DNA from: Eledone cirrhosa
Lineage: Eukaryota
Direction: 5' to 3'
DNA: 64,000 nt
Assembly (NCBI GenBank): GCA_964016885.1
Contig: OZ024748.1
Location: forward strand, 47,616,001-47,680,000
The notes beneath the pieces were generated by a model, which was not told the origin of the DNA, searched no databases, and saw nothing but the letters and a program-made list of their open reading frames with translations. Positions 26,006-38,082 of this stretch are shown here, one piece after another. Every line of letters starts with the position of its first letter. Position 1 is the first letter of the stretch. The position numbers were made by a program, and so were the translations under genes.

Positions 26006-27738
26006 TGTCCGGCAAGGGTGCCCTCTCTCCTCCCTTCTGTATGTATTGACTCTCGAGCCACTACTGCGGAAGTTGGAGTTGTTGCAGGGAATCGCTTTGG
26101 AACCGGGATTGCGGAAAGCGGTGTCGGCCTACGCCGATGACGTGACAGTAATGGTGTCGACAGCCTCCGAAATCGGGGCGATCGGCACCTTACTGGAGGA
26201 GTACGAAAGGTTTACAGGGGCTAAGCCTAACCGGGACAAGTCGATCGGTTTGCAACTCGGCAGGTGGAGGGGCAAACCGATGCCCTCCGATGGCGTCGTC
26301 GGACGCTGGACGGAGGGCCCAGTGAAGTTGCTCGGGGGTCTGGTTCGGACCATCCCTCCAGGTGGAGAAGAACTGGGGTGAGGTTACGAACAGGGTGTTT
26401 GCACTGACCCAGAAGTGGGCCAGTTACCACCTATATAACGTCCGTCATCTACTACCGCCTGACCGTCTTGCCTTGCCCAAGGGAAACCCTAGCCAAGATG
26501 GAGCGCGCACTCTTCCAATTCCTTTGGAAGAAGCAGGGCTCTTTTGGTGAGGAGATCCATCTGCTGTCAACACCCTTCAAAAGGAGGGCTGGGGATGCCG
26601 TGGCTAATGATGCGTAAACACGTATTAAGGCTACGACACCTCCACGTATTCCTCACCGGTTAACCGGTGTGGGCCCCGTTTGTGAGACGAACCTTTCCCA
26701 GACTCGTCTCACTCACCGAGCTGCAATCTGGGTCAAAGAAAGACCGAGAAAACTGGGCGCCTGGCACACTGAGTGTGCCCAGGCGCCACGGCCCTCTGGC
26801 AAGCGGACCCGGTTATCAGTGGAGACTCCACTTCGATATTCTATAGAGGGCTGTAGGCACGCAGCAGATGCGACGACGCCCTCGAAGAAGCCCTAGACAT
26901 GGATGAAGACGAACTGGCCAGCCTGTTCGGTAGGACATTCAGCCCGGGACCTATGGACAACTTCCAGAAGTCCTTAGCCTAACAGTGCTACCGAGGGGCT
27001 CTACCCGTTCGAGAAAAGCTCTACAGACACAGGCACCCGGGTAGGGACCCGACAAAAAGATCTGTCCCAGATGCGTGCGCGACGAGGAAACCGTTGCACA
27101 CGCATTGGTACACTGCTCGGGCATTGCCGATCTGTGGGGCTATGTCGAACAACTGCTGTCAAGGGTGGGACCGATCCGGTTGACCACCGAGTCTATTGTA
27201 ACGATCAAGCCGCCTCCCCCCTTCAAAAATGAAGGAGAGACGGTGTTTCTGTGTGTAATATCCATGGCGAAAGAGGTTGTATGGTGGACGCGTCTGAAAG
27301 GACTGAGGTCAGACACCTTTCTCTCTGGCCAACAACTGGTCCGTTTCTTCCGATATCATTGCGGAAGAAGGATCAGGATGGAGAGAGAGGTGCTGCACCC
27401 CAGCCGTTTTTACGAAAGATGGGTGAAAGTGGCGAGAATGGCCCGTGTGAATGGGCCTTCACTCTACATCAGACTATAGGTGAGGAAGATGAAAGACCAA
27501 GGGAGCACCCCTTCTCTGTGCTCCTGAGGAAAAGGGTTGCACACTTTTTTTCGGGAGTGTGCGCGACCCCCCAAGGCGCCTCCTCGCTATTGAGGATTCG
27601 TTATAAATTTTATTCTGTTATATTTTATTTTATTTTTACATTTTGTTATTGCCTCCTCCTTATTGAGGACGCCTTGTTTTGTAAACTCCCCCATTGTACT
27701 TGTCCCACTTTTGATGCCCTGGTGGCAAATAAAAGAAA
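26004..27738 (+). mobile_element. 5'-truncated L1/Tx1-clade non-LTR retrotransposon (RT and C-terminal zinc-knuckle remnant)
   Basis: SVRQGCPLS, TLEPLLRKL, VSAYADDVTVMV, GAKPNRDKS, GGLGMPWL and CPRC..ETVAHALVHC. Several frameshifts and stops. The 3' UTR ends in aaataaaagaaa. Confidence 0.93.
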
Positions 27739-28022
27739 CATATCTGTCCTACTGGCCATCTACCTGTCTATCTACCTGTCTATCTGTCCTACTGGCCATC
27801 TACCTGTCTATCTACCTGTCTATCTGTCCTACTGGCCATCTACCTGTCTATCTAGCTGTCTATCTGTCTATCTAGCCATCTACCTGTCTATCTAGCTGTC
27901 TATCTGTCCTACTGGTCATCTATCTGTCTATCTAGCCATCTACCTGTCTATCTACCTGTCTACCTGTCTATCTACCTGGCCATCTACCTGTCTATCTGTC
28001 TATCTAGCCATCTACCTGTCTA
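27739..28022. repeat. (atct/acct)-based minisatellite
   Basis: atctgtcctactggccatctacctgtct units. Confidence 0.88.
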
Positions 28023-28024
28023 TA

Positions 28025-29585
28025 TCACTACACTACCACAGTACCACCACACCACACCACGACTACACCACCAAATCACCGCCACCACGCCACTATACGA
28101 CCACCACCGCCACCACGCCACTACACCACCACCACCACACCACACCACCACACTACACCACCACACTACACCGCCATACCACCACCACACCACCACCACT
28201 ACACAACCACCACCATACCACACCACCACTACACAACCACCACCACCACCACACTACCACCACTACACCACCACCACCATACCACACCACCACACCACCA
28301 CCACCACACCACCACACCACTACACAACCACCACCACACCACCACTACACAACCACCACCATACCACACCACTACACAACCACCACCACACCACCACCAC
28401 CACCACACCACTACACAACCACCACCATATCACACCACCACACCACCACCACCACCACACCCCCACCACTACACAACCACCACCATACCACACCACCACC
28501 ACTACACAACCACCACCATACACCACCACCACTATACCACACCACCACACCACCACCACCACACCACCACCACTACACAACCACCACCATACCACACCAC
28601 CACCATACCACACCACTACACAACCACCACCACACCACCACCACTACACAACCACCACCATACCACACCACCACCACTACACAACCACCACCATACCACA
28701 CCACCGCTACCACACCACTACACAACCACACCACCACCACACCACACCACCACACCACACCACCATACCACACCACCACACCACCGCTACCACACCACCA
28801 CCACACCACACCGCCACACCACCACACCACCACACCACACCACTACACCACACCACCACACCACACCACCACACCACCACACCACACCACCATACCACAC
28901 CACCACACCACCGCTACCACACCACTACACAACCACCACCACACCACCACACCACACCACCATACCACACCACCACACCACACCACCATACCACACCACC
29001 ACACCACCGCTACCACACCACCACCACACCACCACACCACTACACCACACCACCACACCACACCACCACACCACACCACCATACCACACCACCACACCAC
29101 CGCTACCACACCACTACACAACCACCACCACACCACCACACCACACCACCACACCACACCACCACACCACACCATCACACCACACCACCATACCACACCA
29201 AAACAACAAAAGAAAGCTTCAATGAAGCTAGATAAATCTTGTGAACGAAATTCAATAAAATTAACAAAGAACAGTTTTGGACAGAATTAAATATTAATGT
29301 TTGGTCTATTGTTGTTGTTGTTGTTGTGGTGGTGGTGGTTGTGGTGTGGAGAGGCGTGAGGTGGTATACTGTGGTGTGGTGGGGTGGTGGTGGTGGTGGT
29401 GGTGGTGGTGGTTGTGGCTGTGATTGGTGTGGGGGAATGGTGTGTGGTGTGGAGAGGCGTGAGGTGGTATACTGTGGTGGTGGTGGTGGTGGTGGTGGTG
29501 GTGGTGGTGGTGGTGGTGGTGACTGTGAGTGGTGTGGGGGAATGTGGTGTGATGTGGAGAGGTGTGAGTTGGTGTACTTTGGTGT
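28025..29585. repeat. (CCA/CCACA)n arrays followed by (GGT)n arrays
   Basis: Directly visible. Confidence 0.9.
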
Positions 29586-29642
29586 AGTGTTGGGGTCACT
29601 TTGTAAACATTAGGTCCCAGGATAGATTTTACTGCACGACAC

Positions 29643-29813
29643 CAGTGTCGGATTAAGGACAAATGAGGTTCTGCGCTAGTTAAGTTAAGAGGTTACTTGG
29701 GCCCTGAAGGACATAATTCATCGTAAAAAATTGTTGGGGTAGGAAGATCCCCACCCCTTTCCAACGGGCCCTGTGTTTAAGTACATCCAAGCACAATGGT
29801 AAACCCGACACTG
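29643..29813. mobile_element. hAT-type MITE, same family as 20081-20247, opposite orientation
   Basis: TIRs cagtgtcgg / ccgacactg, 8-bp TSD cacgacac / catgacac, and internal aagcacaatggtaaa, the reverse complement of 20091-20105. Confidence 0.88.
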
Positions 29814-29920
29814 CATGACACCCTTAAGCATATCCCATTCATTATAGCCTCAGATGGACCCTTGCCTTCTTAGTGAACCTGAGTAGACGGAAACTGTCTT
29901 TTAAACCATCAGATAGACTG

Positions 29921-30096
29921 CAGACCTGTCAACCCTCCCTGTCCGACGGGGAGATCTCCCACCAACTTAGGGGTGGGAGAGAGATGTCTTCTCTTGTGAA
30001 AATGTGTGTAGCTTTCATTTTGCCTCAGTTCTCTCAGTTTTAGGGCACTTTTTTCATGGTATTCCCCGTTTGGGTTTTTAGAGTTCGGCAGGTCTG
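29921..30096. mobile_element. Old MITE with CAGACCTG termini
   Basis: cagacctgtcaac ... gttcggcaggtctg. The flanks agactg / ggactg suggest a 6-bp TSD with one mismatch. Confidence 0.65.
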
Positions 30097-30728
30097 GGAC
30101 TGTATCTGTAATTCAAAGGGCCAACCTTATCAGATTCAGTGCTAAGAGTGATGCCCCAGAAAATTACATTAAGGGTACACGTGTATGTGAAATTCTCAGC
30201 CATCTGCACGTTAATTTCATGAGCAGGTTGTTCTGTTGATCCAACAAAAGTAACACTCATTATCGAAAGTGATGGAAATCCATCGAACGGATAGATTGAA
30301 TTGTGAGGTAGTGTAGTGAATTATGGGGAAGTGTAGTATATTGTGGTGTAGTGCGTTGCACACAGACCTAGCTGAAGGATTCTCAAGTTTGGCACCATTA
30401 CGACCCGGGTTAGATACCACCGCATGAAACATTGATCAGGTATCATTTTCCATAAATAATCTCGGCTCAAACTAAACCGTGTTAGTGAGATTGAGTAGAT
30501 GGAAATACACAGTAGAAAGTCCAGATCAACGGATTACTGGTTCAACTATAATATTGGTTATGGTATTGAGTACACATTCTCAAGTCCGTTAATACTAAAA
30601 GCGATACGCACAGTCACACGCACATATATATATATATTTATTGATATATGTATATATGTGTGTGTGTGTGTAAACCATAGTCAACTGATTGCTTGATCAT
30701 CCAACACTAATTAATGAAAGTGTGTGTG

Positions 30729-30803
<75 letters not shown>

Positions 30804-30999
30804 TATTTTACTCGTTTCAGACATTAGATTGCGGCCATGTTGGATCACCGCCATAATATACTCCACCATGTCGACAACAGTAGTTAATTTTCAGGTCTGG
30901 TACTTAGTTTAACGATCTCTATTTTGTCAAACCGCAATCTTAGGATGCATACAGACACTAACGTAAACAGACACAGAAACACAGACACACACAGACACA

Positions 31000-31036
<37 letters not shown>

Positions 31037-31101
31037 ACACACACACAGACACACATATATATATATATATATTTAGTAATAATAATATATATATATTTAG
31101 T

Positions 31102-31203
31102 AATAATTGTTTCTACTTTAGGCACAAGGCCAGCAATTACCCAGTGCATTACTGGTACTTTATTTTATCGACCCCGTAAGGATGAAAGGCAAAGTCAACC
31201 TCA
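31102..31203 (-). mobile_element. SINE family 1, 3' part
   Basis: aattgtttctactttaggcacaaggccagc..cgaccccgtaaggatgaaaggcaaagtcaacctc. Confidence 0.88.
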
Positions 31204-31356
31204 GTAATAATAATTATCCATAAGGATAAATATATATAAAACATATAAGAACCCTAGAGTAAATATTTATTAAAATAACAGATTAAAGTTTAATCAAAGA
31301 ATCGCTGCTTTCACCCTTAACGAGATATACACACATACACACACACACACATATAT

Positions 31357-31423
<67 letters not shown>

Positions 31424-31531
31424 TTGGTGCTCCGACATAGCGATATACATATGAATGTACGTATTGTATATATATGTATATATATATATATATATATATA
31501 GATAGATATATATATAGATATATATATAGAT

Positions 31532-31587
<56 letters not shown>

Positions 31588-31656
31588 ATAGAGAGAGAGA
31601 GATATATATATATATAGAGAGAGAGAGAGATATATATATATATATATAGAGAGAGA

Positions 31657-31746
<90 letters not shown>

Positions 31747-31783
31747 GAGAGAGAGGTGCTTACACAACAGTTAGTTCACCATA

Positions 31784-31823
31784 CCGAGAACAATTGTCTC
31801 ACCTTAGCGGATCCTCAGCTCGG
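31784..31823 (-). ncRNA. Hammerhead motif in the PLE 3' UTR (GAAA mutated to GAGA)
   Basis: CCGAG-CTGAGGA-tCC gctaa GGt-GAGA-CAATTG-TT-CTCGG. It has a 5-bp stem I and the palindromic stem III ACAATTGT. Confidence 0.68.
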
Positions 31824-31985
31824 AATGGGCATGGTTATAGGAACAGGAAGGACAAACGTACGAACGCGCATGCGCAGAAACCCGGTCACTTCACACAGGC
31901 AATACTAGACTGCGTGCGAGAGGTGTAAGGGAGATAACTGCGAAATTCCGAAAAGTTTTTAGGTTGAAAATAAAATTACAAAGAA

Positions 31986-32718
31986 TCAGTCCGGAGCCTT
32001 ATAGTTATGTAATAGGTGTTTGGCGACGTGTGGACAACGTGTGAAAAATTCATTCCTCGTGTTTAGGCAATCACTATTGCGTAATCTCTTTAGAATAGTT
32101 ATTCGTTCGTCAATACATAAGCCACACGTCGGATTTCCCCTTGCGTATGGCTTGGACTTAGTGATGGCTTTCCATTGAATGGAGTAGCCTATACTTGAGT
32201 CCTTGAGGGACTATAAGTGGTTCGCGAGTTTCGTGGATGAACGTCTGTCCGGGTGCCTGGGGGTAGACTGGTTGTTCAGGAAACGTTCCTTAAATCGGCC
32301 CTCCGCCATGCCCACATAGGATTTGACCTCCTGTGGTTCGTTTGGTCGGTTGGAAGTGACCACAGCTTCATAAATTACAGCTGGTGTGTTGCATTACTGT
32401 TGAAGGGGGCAAGCTTCAGGCTTACGGCAAGAGCACCCTGGTGGGGTGTTGCTGCTAAGGCTGGTGGTAATGTGGGCCTTCATGTTCTTAGCGCAGGAGT
32501 ATCCTAGTTTAACTTTGTCTCGGTTAAAGATGGAGCGGTATTTATGACCTATGGGGAAGTGTCTATCTAAGAGGGCTAGAAATTGTTTTCCTACGTTGGT
32601 TTTAACGTTGAGTGAGAAGGGAGGAGAGAACCAGATAGTTTGTCTATTGTTACGCTTACTTTTCTTAATGGTGTTGTTGCTAGTGGGAGAGTAATCTTTA
32701 ACTGACACTGACTCTTTT

Positions 32719-32720
<2 letters not shown>
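31986..32720 (-). pseudogene. PLE ORF C-terminus with GIY-YIG endonuclease
   Basis: IWFSPPFSLNVKTNVGKQFLALLDRHFP, CSCRKPEACPL, VIYEAVV..SYVGMAEGRFKERF, PYARGNPTCGLCIDER and CLNTRNEFFTRCPH. Contains an internal stop and a probable frameshift. Confidence 0.9.
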
Positions 32721-32784
<64 letters not shown>

Positions 32785-33144
32785 AATATAATTTCAGCGA
32801 GGTCGTATTTCGGCTGAGGTCAAAAACAAAGCGAAACGCAATTTTCGAGATATGCGGCAAGCGCTCAATGGACTAAAAGAAGACCAGAGCAATTAACATA
32901 CGTTATAGAGGCCAGACAAACTGAAAACGGTGGTCATGAAGCTATCAGCCACCGGAGCCAAAAAAACGAAGCAAGCTAAACAGGTTAAACAAAAGAATTT
33001 ACCTGGACCTCCTGGAAATTGATGGTATAATCCATTGGGATATATATATATAAATATTTGCTCTACGGTTCTTATATATTTGATATATATTTATCCTTAT
33101 CGAGCCCTCTTTGGATTTTAGTCTTCAAATTTATTATTATTACT

Positions 33145-33194
<50 letters not shown>

Positions 33195-33534
33195 TTTCAT
33201 CATCATCATTTCATTTTACGTCCACTTTTCCCTGCTCGCAAGGGTGGGACGGGAACTGATTCTGGCTTGATTTCTACAGCTGGATGCCCTTCCTAACACC
33301 AACCTCATTTACAGTGAGTGCTGGGTGCTTTTTTGCCGTGGCACCTCCACGACCACTTTGCAGTGGAATGATAGGGACTGCGGTCCCTATCATCTCATTT
33401 CTACAGCTGAGTAAACTGGAGCAATGTGAAATAAAGTGTCTTGCTCAAGGAAACAACACATCACCCGGTCTGAGAATTGAACTCACAACCTTTCGATTGC
33501 AAGCCCAATGCTCTAACCACTAAGCCATGTGCCT

Positions 33535-33537
<3 letters not shown>
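33195..33537 (-). mobile_element. tRNA-derived SINE family 2, full length with long tail
   Basis: Minus strand ggaggcacatggcttagtggttagag..gagttcaattc..ttgagcaagacactttatttcac..gttggtgttaggaagggcatccagctgtagaaa..ggacgtaaaatg(atg)n. Confidence 0.92.
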
Positions 33538-33577
<40 letters not shown>

Positions 33578-33636
33578 GAAAAGAATGACTTCACTTGTGG
33601 TTCTAAACAATTTGATTTGATTTTATATTTTAATTT

Positions 33637-33684
<48 letters not shown>

Positions 33685-33709
33685 AAATTGTAATGTCATA
33701 TGTCATATA

Positions 33710-33810
33710 GTTGTTTCTACTTTTGGCACAAGGCCAGCAATTACCCAGTACATTACTGCTACTTTATTTTATCGAACTCGTAAGGATGAAAGGCAAAGTT
33801 AACTTCAGCG
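33710..33810 (-). mobile_element. SINE family 1, 3' part
   Basis: Matches the other family 1 copies. Confidence 0.85.
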
Positions 33811-34291
33811 GTCATATAGTAATCTTCTATCTGATTCGTAATCAAAGTTCCAGCTGTTATTGGTAATGTTTACACACACACACACACTCATCCAGATACG
33901 CACATATACACATATTTATATGCACACACACACACATACACACGCATATTCACACACACACACACGTATAATCCGCCCTTGCCCCGTTTCACATCACCCC
34001 CTAATATGGTCCTTGGGTACTTTAAGCTGTTTGCCAGTGACACCATCCTGTTGTAAACATTGCATGATGTTTATAACAGGATGGCTGATGGAGGCGGGGG
34101 GGGGCGAAGATCCTTGTCTTATGGATAACCTTTACCGCACCCTCCCTTGCATAAATCTCTCTCTCACTCTTGCCCTTCCTCTCGGCCATTGAAGTGTGGT
34201 CATACTGGTGCAACAACTTCAAGTTTTTGTCGGTCACCCACACCCAGATACACACATATGAATTATATATTTATGTATATATGTACGAATG

Positions 34292-34350
<59 letters not shown>

Positions 34351-34352
<2 letters not shown>

Positions 34353-34670
34353 AAAATGTTATACCCCGAAGGCAGAGCTCAAGCCGTTTCGACGGCTATT
34401 TCTAGTCCAGAAATAACCGTCGAAACGGCTTGAGCTCTGCCGTCGGGCTCTAACATTTTCTGGTTCCTTACCACACCTCCTTCGTTATATATATATATAT
34501 ATACATATATATATCGGATAGTGTGTGGTAAAAACCAGCTAGACCATAACCCACCAGAGTACTTGATACTGAGGGTAGTATGTGGGTAATAGGAAAAGAT
34601 TCAAAAATTCAGGACCGGGATCTAGCTGTCGAAACGGCAGGAGCTCAGCTGTCGGGGTCCTGAATCTTTT
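34351..34670. mobile_element. Family A fold-back copy (34351-34460) plus adjacent diverged pieces
   Basis: ggcagagctcaagccgtttcgacgg is mirrored by ccgtcgaaacggcttgagctctgcc. Confidence 0.85.
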
Positions 34671-34771
34671 CGATCACCACATCGATCGTGCCTCGAGCTG
34701 GTCGCCAGAGAAACGATGGAAATATATCTAATAAATTTTATTCGTCAAACCACTAATTCTCCGTTTCTTAA

Positions 34772-34853
<82 letters not shown>

Positions 34854-34991
34854 CAACTGAATACTAACCCATACAATCACTAATACTCTTTTATTCCTAA
34901 TTAAACCATTTTTCAACTGTGAACAATTTGTCAGCATTTTCTATTCCGTTTACCAATATATAATAACTTGTGTGTTACACCTCTATTCTTT

Positions 34992-35027
<36 letters not shown>

Positions 35028-35107
35028 GTAAACAGAAATAACAACACAATCGGTACAGTATATGGAAGGTATATATTAGGTTAACGCTTGATATAGCAGG
35101 AAGAGGG

Positions 35108-35143
35108 TCTTAACGTTTCGGAAGCTAGTCCTTCATCAGAAGA
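35108..35143 (-). ncRNA. Minimal type I hammerhead motif
   Basis: TCTT-CTGATGA-a-GGA ctagct TCC-GAAA-CG-TT-AAGA. Stem III is reduced to the palindrome AACGTT. Confidence 0.78.
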
Positions 35144-35261
35144 AAGAATGAGAAATAAGATAGATTAAGGTGACGGGCGGGATGGAATTGGAAAACATGT
35201 CTTTAGATAAAAATAACAGGTCCATTCATGTTGACATCTATATATATATAGAGAGAGAGAG

Positions 35262-35686
35262 AATTCACGAGAATCAAAGCTATGTTCAAAGCATTAATTC
35301 ACTTACAATTGTTTCATCCAAACCTAGGCTTGGAGTCTTCGGAGCATTTTTCAATGCTTTTACATATAATTGACCTCTTATCCAACGCAAGAGACATACA
35401 GTTACATACAGATACATATGTAAAATAAAATTAAAATTAAAATACAAATAATTTTAATTTTGATTTTAAATTTGAATTGCTGTACAAATATAGTATAGTA
35501 TAATATATGTCACTCCACTGTACATCAATATATATATATATGTACCTGTATGTCTCTTGCGTTGGATAGGAAGTCAATTATATGTACAAGCATTGAAAAA
35601 TGCTCCAAAGACCCAAGCCTAGGTTTGGATGAAACAATTGTAAGTGAATAAATGCTTTGAACATAGCTTTGATTCTCGTGAATTCT
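35262..35686. mobile_element. Fold-back element with ~145-bp arms carrying hammerhead-like motifs (35300-35346 on -, 35601-35646 on +)
   Basis: Minus arm reads TGCT-CCGAAGA-cTCCAAG cctagg TTTGGAt-GAAA-CAATTG-TA-AGTG. The plus arm is further decayed (CCAAAGA). Confidence 0.78.
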
Positions 35687-35958
35687 ATATAACTGCTCTG
35701 TAGAACAACTGATGTTATTACATTGAGTTATTTATCTTACTGGGAATAAGGTAGTAATAAATTACTGACCTTCCCTCTTTATAGTTTAGAATATATATAA
35801 CTGTAAAAAGTTTAAACTATACATAACTATAAATAGTATCCTTAATATTATATATTTATATATGTGTGTGTTTGTCCTCTCATTTTTACTCTTTCTGTAT
35901 CAATCGCTCTTTACATTCTCTCTCTAACTCACTATCTCATCTCTCTCTATCTATCTAC

Positions 35959-35991
<33 letters not shown>

Positions 35992-36099
35992 GTTCACTCT
36001 CATACACACAAACTATCTCTCTCTTTCACTCTTCTGCTGGTATACCATTTGTCTTAATACCCAACTTCCTGACATCTCTCAATCGCACACCTTCAAGAC

Positions 36100-36235
36100 A
36101 GGCCTGTATATCTCCTATTACTTGTGTATGTATATCTAAGTTTCTGTGTATATATCTCCTATTACTTGTGTATGTATATCTAAGTTTCTGTGTATGTATC
36201 TCTTATTACTTGTGTATGTATATCTAAGTTTTGTG
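36100..36235. repeat. ~43-bp tandem repeat, three copies
   Basis: tatctcctattacttgtgtatgtatatctaagttt occurs three times. Confidence 0.85.
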
Positions 36236-36577
36236 TATGTGTGTGGCTATAGTGTCCTCACTCCACCCTTCCCCTTCCCACATTACCACCACCACCACCA
36301 CCACCACCAGATTATCACACATTGTCCCACAGTTCCTCCCACCCCGTCTAAAATATCAAACCAATTGAAGTAATCCTCCTCCAGCTTGGCCACGAGTGTA
36401 TAATTATATATACGTGCGTTCGGATTTAGCTGTCGAAACGGCCGGAGTTCAGCCGTCGGGGTCCTGAAACTTTTCATATATATATACATAAATTGTTGTT
36501 GTTGTTACAGCTCAAACCTATGCAGGTTTAGCTGACCTCCTCCAAGGTATATCTCGTTGGAGGTGTCTAGGGTGATT

Positions 36578-36730
36578 TAATGATAGGGACCCCATTCCTA
36601 TCATCTCATTTATACAGCAGTAAACTGGAGCAACGTGAAATAAAGTGTCTTGCTCAAGGAGACAACACATCACCCGTTCCAAGAATTGAACTCAAAACCT
36701 TTCACTCTAGCCACTAAACCATGCGCATTC
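36578..36730 (-). mobile_element. SINE family 2, partial
   Basis: aaactggagcaacgtgaaataaagtgtcttgctcaagga..gaattgaactc. Confidence 0.85.
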
Positions 36731-36832
36731 AATATATATATATATATATACGTTATTCCGGGTTGAATCAGATTTAACCACAGTAAGTAAGTACTCAATA
36801 CATAGCAGAATATAAAAGTTTTAATATAGATG

Positions 36833-36888
36833 AGATTCTACAGGACTAGACTAGAACTGTTTCATTCTTTAGAAATCATCAGGAATCT
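36833..36888 (-). ncRNA. Type I hammerhead motif (mirror of 36944-36994 with a 5-nt duplication in loop III)
   Basis: The reverse complement reads AGATTC-CTGATGA-tTTC taaa GAAt-GAAA-CAG..CTG-TA-GAATCT. Confidence 0.82.
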
Positions 36889-36943
36889 GGGTATCAAAAA
36901 ATAAATATCAAAAAATAAATACCATATTTATTTTTTGATACCC

Positions 36944-36994
36944 AGATTCCTGATGATTTCTAAAGAATGAAACAGTTCTAGTCCTGTAGAATCT
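36944..36994 (+). ncRNA. Type I hammerhead ribozyme motif, best-formed copy
   Basis: AGATTC-CTGATGA-tTTC taaa GAAt-GAAA-CAG ttctagtc CTG-TA-GAATCT. It has a 6-bp stem I, a 4-bp stem III and a GUA triplet ending at 36988. Confidence 0.85.
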
Positions 36995-37019
36995 CATCTA
37001 TATTAAAACATATATATAT

Positions 37020-37263
37020 ATATTAATAAACGGAATTCCAACTTTGTCTGATTTACTCGTTTTATTTACAATCCTTTAAAATTATAATGATATTCTAATG
37101 AAATAGTATAGTAGAATATTAAATGTTAAATGTTAATTGAAAGTATTTGTTCAATTAACATTTAATATTCTACTATACTATTTCATTATAATATCATTAT
37201 AATTTTAAAGGATTGTAAATAAAACGAGTAAATCAGACAAAGTTGGAATTCCGTTTATTAATA
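37020..37263. repeat. ~240-bp AT-rich fold-back palindrome
   Basis: tattaataaacggaattccaactttgtctgatttactcg is mirrored at 37224-37263. Confidence 0.9.
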
Positions 37264-37319
37264 TAATCTTCTATACACAATCATACACTACCGTGTATAT
37301 TTATATATATATATAAAAT

Positions 37320-37886
37320 ATGAGAAGAAAGAAGAATACTGCGTGGTTGCACATGGGTTACATATGATAAAATTAGTCCTTCGTCAGTGATTTGCCAACC
37401 ATCATTGATATTTCATCGCATTGAAAATCATATACCTCAGGTTGGTGCGAGCAATAACTAAAAAAAGCTATTGGGACAAGTAAATCGCGTAAAGAGAGTG
37501 AGACAAGTAAACAACATAGAAGGATGAAAGCAACGCAAAGATGGGAATAAACAAGCAACATGGTTATCCGGTCAGCATAAGCTGGGTGGATTTCATGAGC
37601 GATCAGGATACAGACCGTCCGACGTGAGTGAGATGTGAGCAAGAAGAGAACCCACTACTAGCCAAGCGGGAGGAAGTGAGTAGGGGAGAAACAGAGAGTG
37701 AGTGAGTGGAAGTGCGAGGAAGAGGTCAGTCGAGAGAAAGTGTAACTGACAGAGGGGGCGAAAGAAGGTGAGAGCAACAGAGAGAACGGGGAAGCAGTAA
37801 GAGAGAAACAGACAAACGCAGCCGAGGTAAATATATATAAAAAACATGAGAAGAAAGAAGAATACTGCGTGGTTGCACATGGGTTA
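37320..37886 (-). mobile_element. Non-coding 526-bp unit bounded by 41-bp perfect direct repeats
   Basis: atgagaagaaagaagaatactgcgtggttgcacatgggtta at 37320-37360 and 37846-37886. One end is homologous to 10061-10150. Confidence 0.7.
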
Positions 37887-38082
37887 TATATATACAGATA
37901 CACATAGAGAGAGAGAGAAAGATATATATATATATACATATGCATAGAGAGAGAAAGAGAGACAGAGATAGAGAGAGAGGGGGGGGGAGAAAAAGAGAGA
38001 GAGAGAGACAGACAGAAAAAGAGAAGGAGAGAGAAAGAACTCAGGATTGTCGGCACTTGGGATAGTAGAGTGTAAATATAGT

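Larger units (their letters stand above)
31755..32722 (-). mobile_element. 5'-truncated Penelope-like element (linker, GIY-YIG endonuclease and 3' UTR)
   Basis: Coding remnant plus a hammerhead in the 3' UTR. Flanked by (TA)n and (GA)n. Confidence 0.9.

Noticed and set aside
24521-26061. MERERQTDG repeat ORFs
   Set aside because: Translation of a simple-sequence array.
32790-33030. Possible additional PLE N-terminal fragment (..RQALNGLKEDQS..)
   Set aside because: Too short and interrupted to assign without a database search.
33470-33537. tRNA gene
   Set aside because: The A and B boxes belong to a SINE head that continues into the SINE body. There is no complete cloverleaf.
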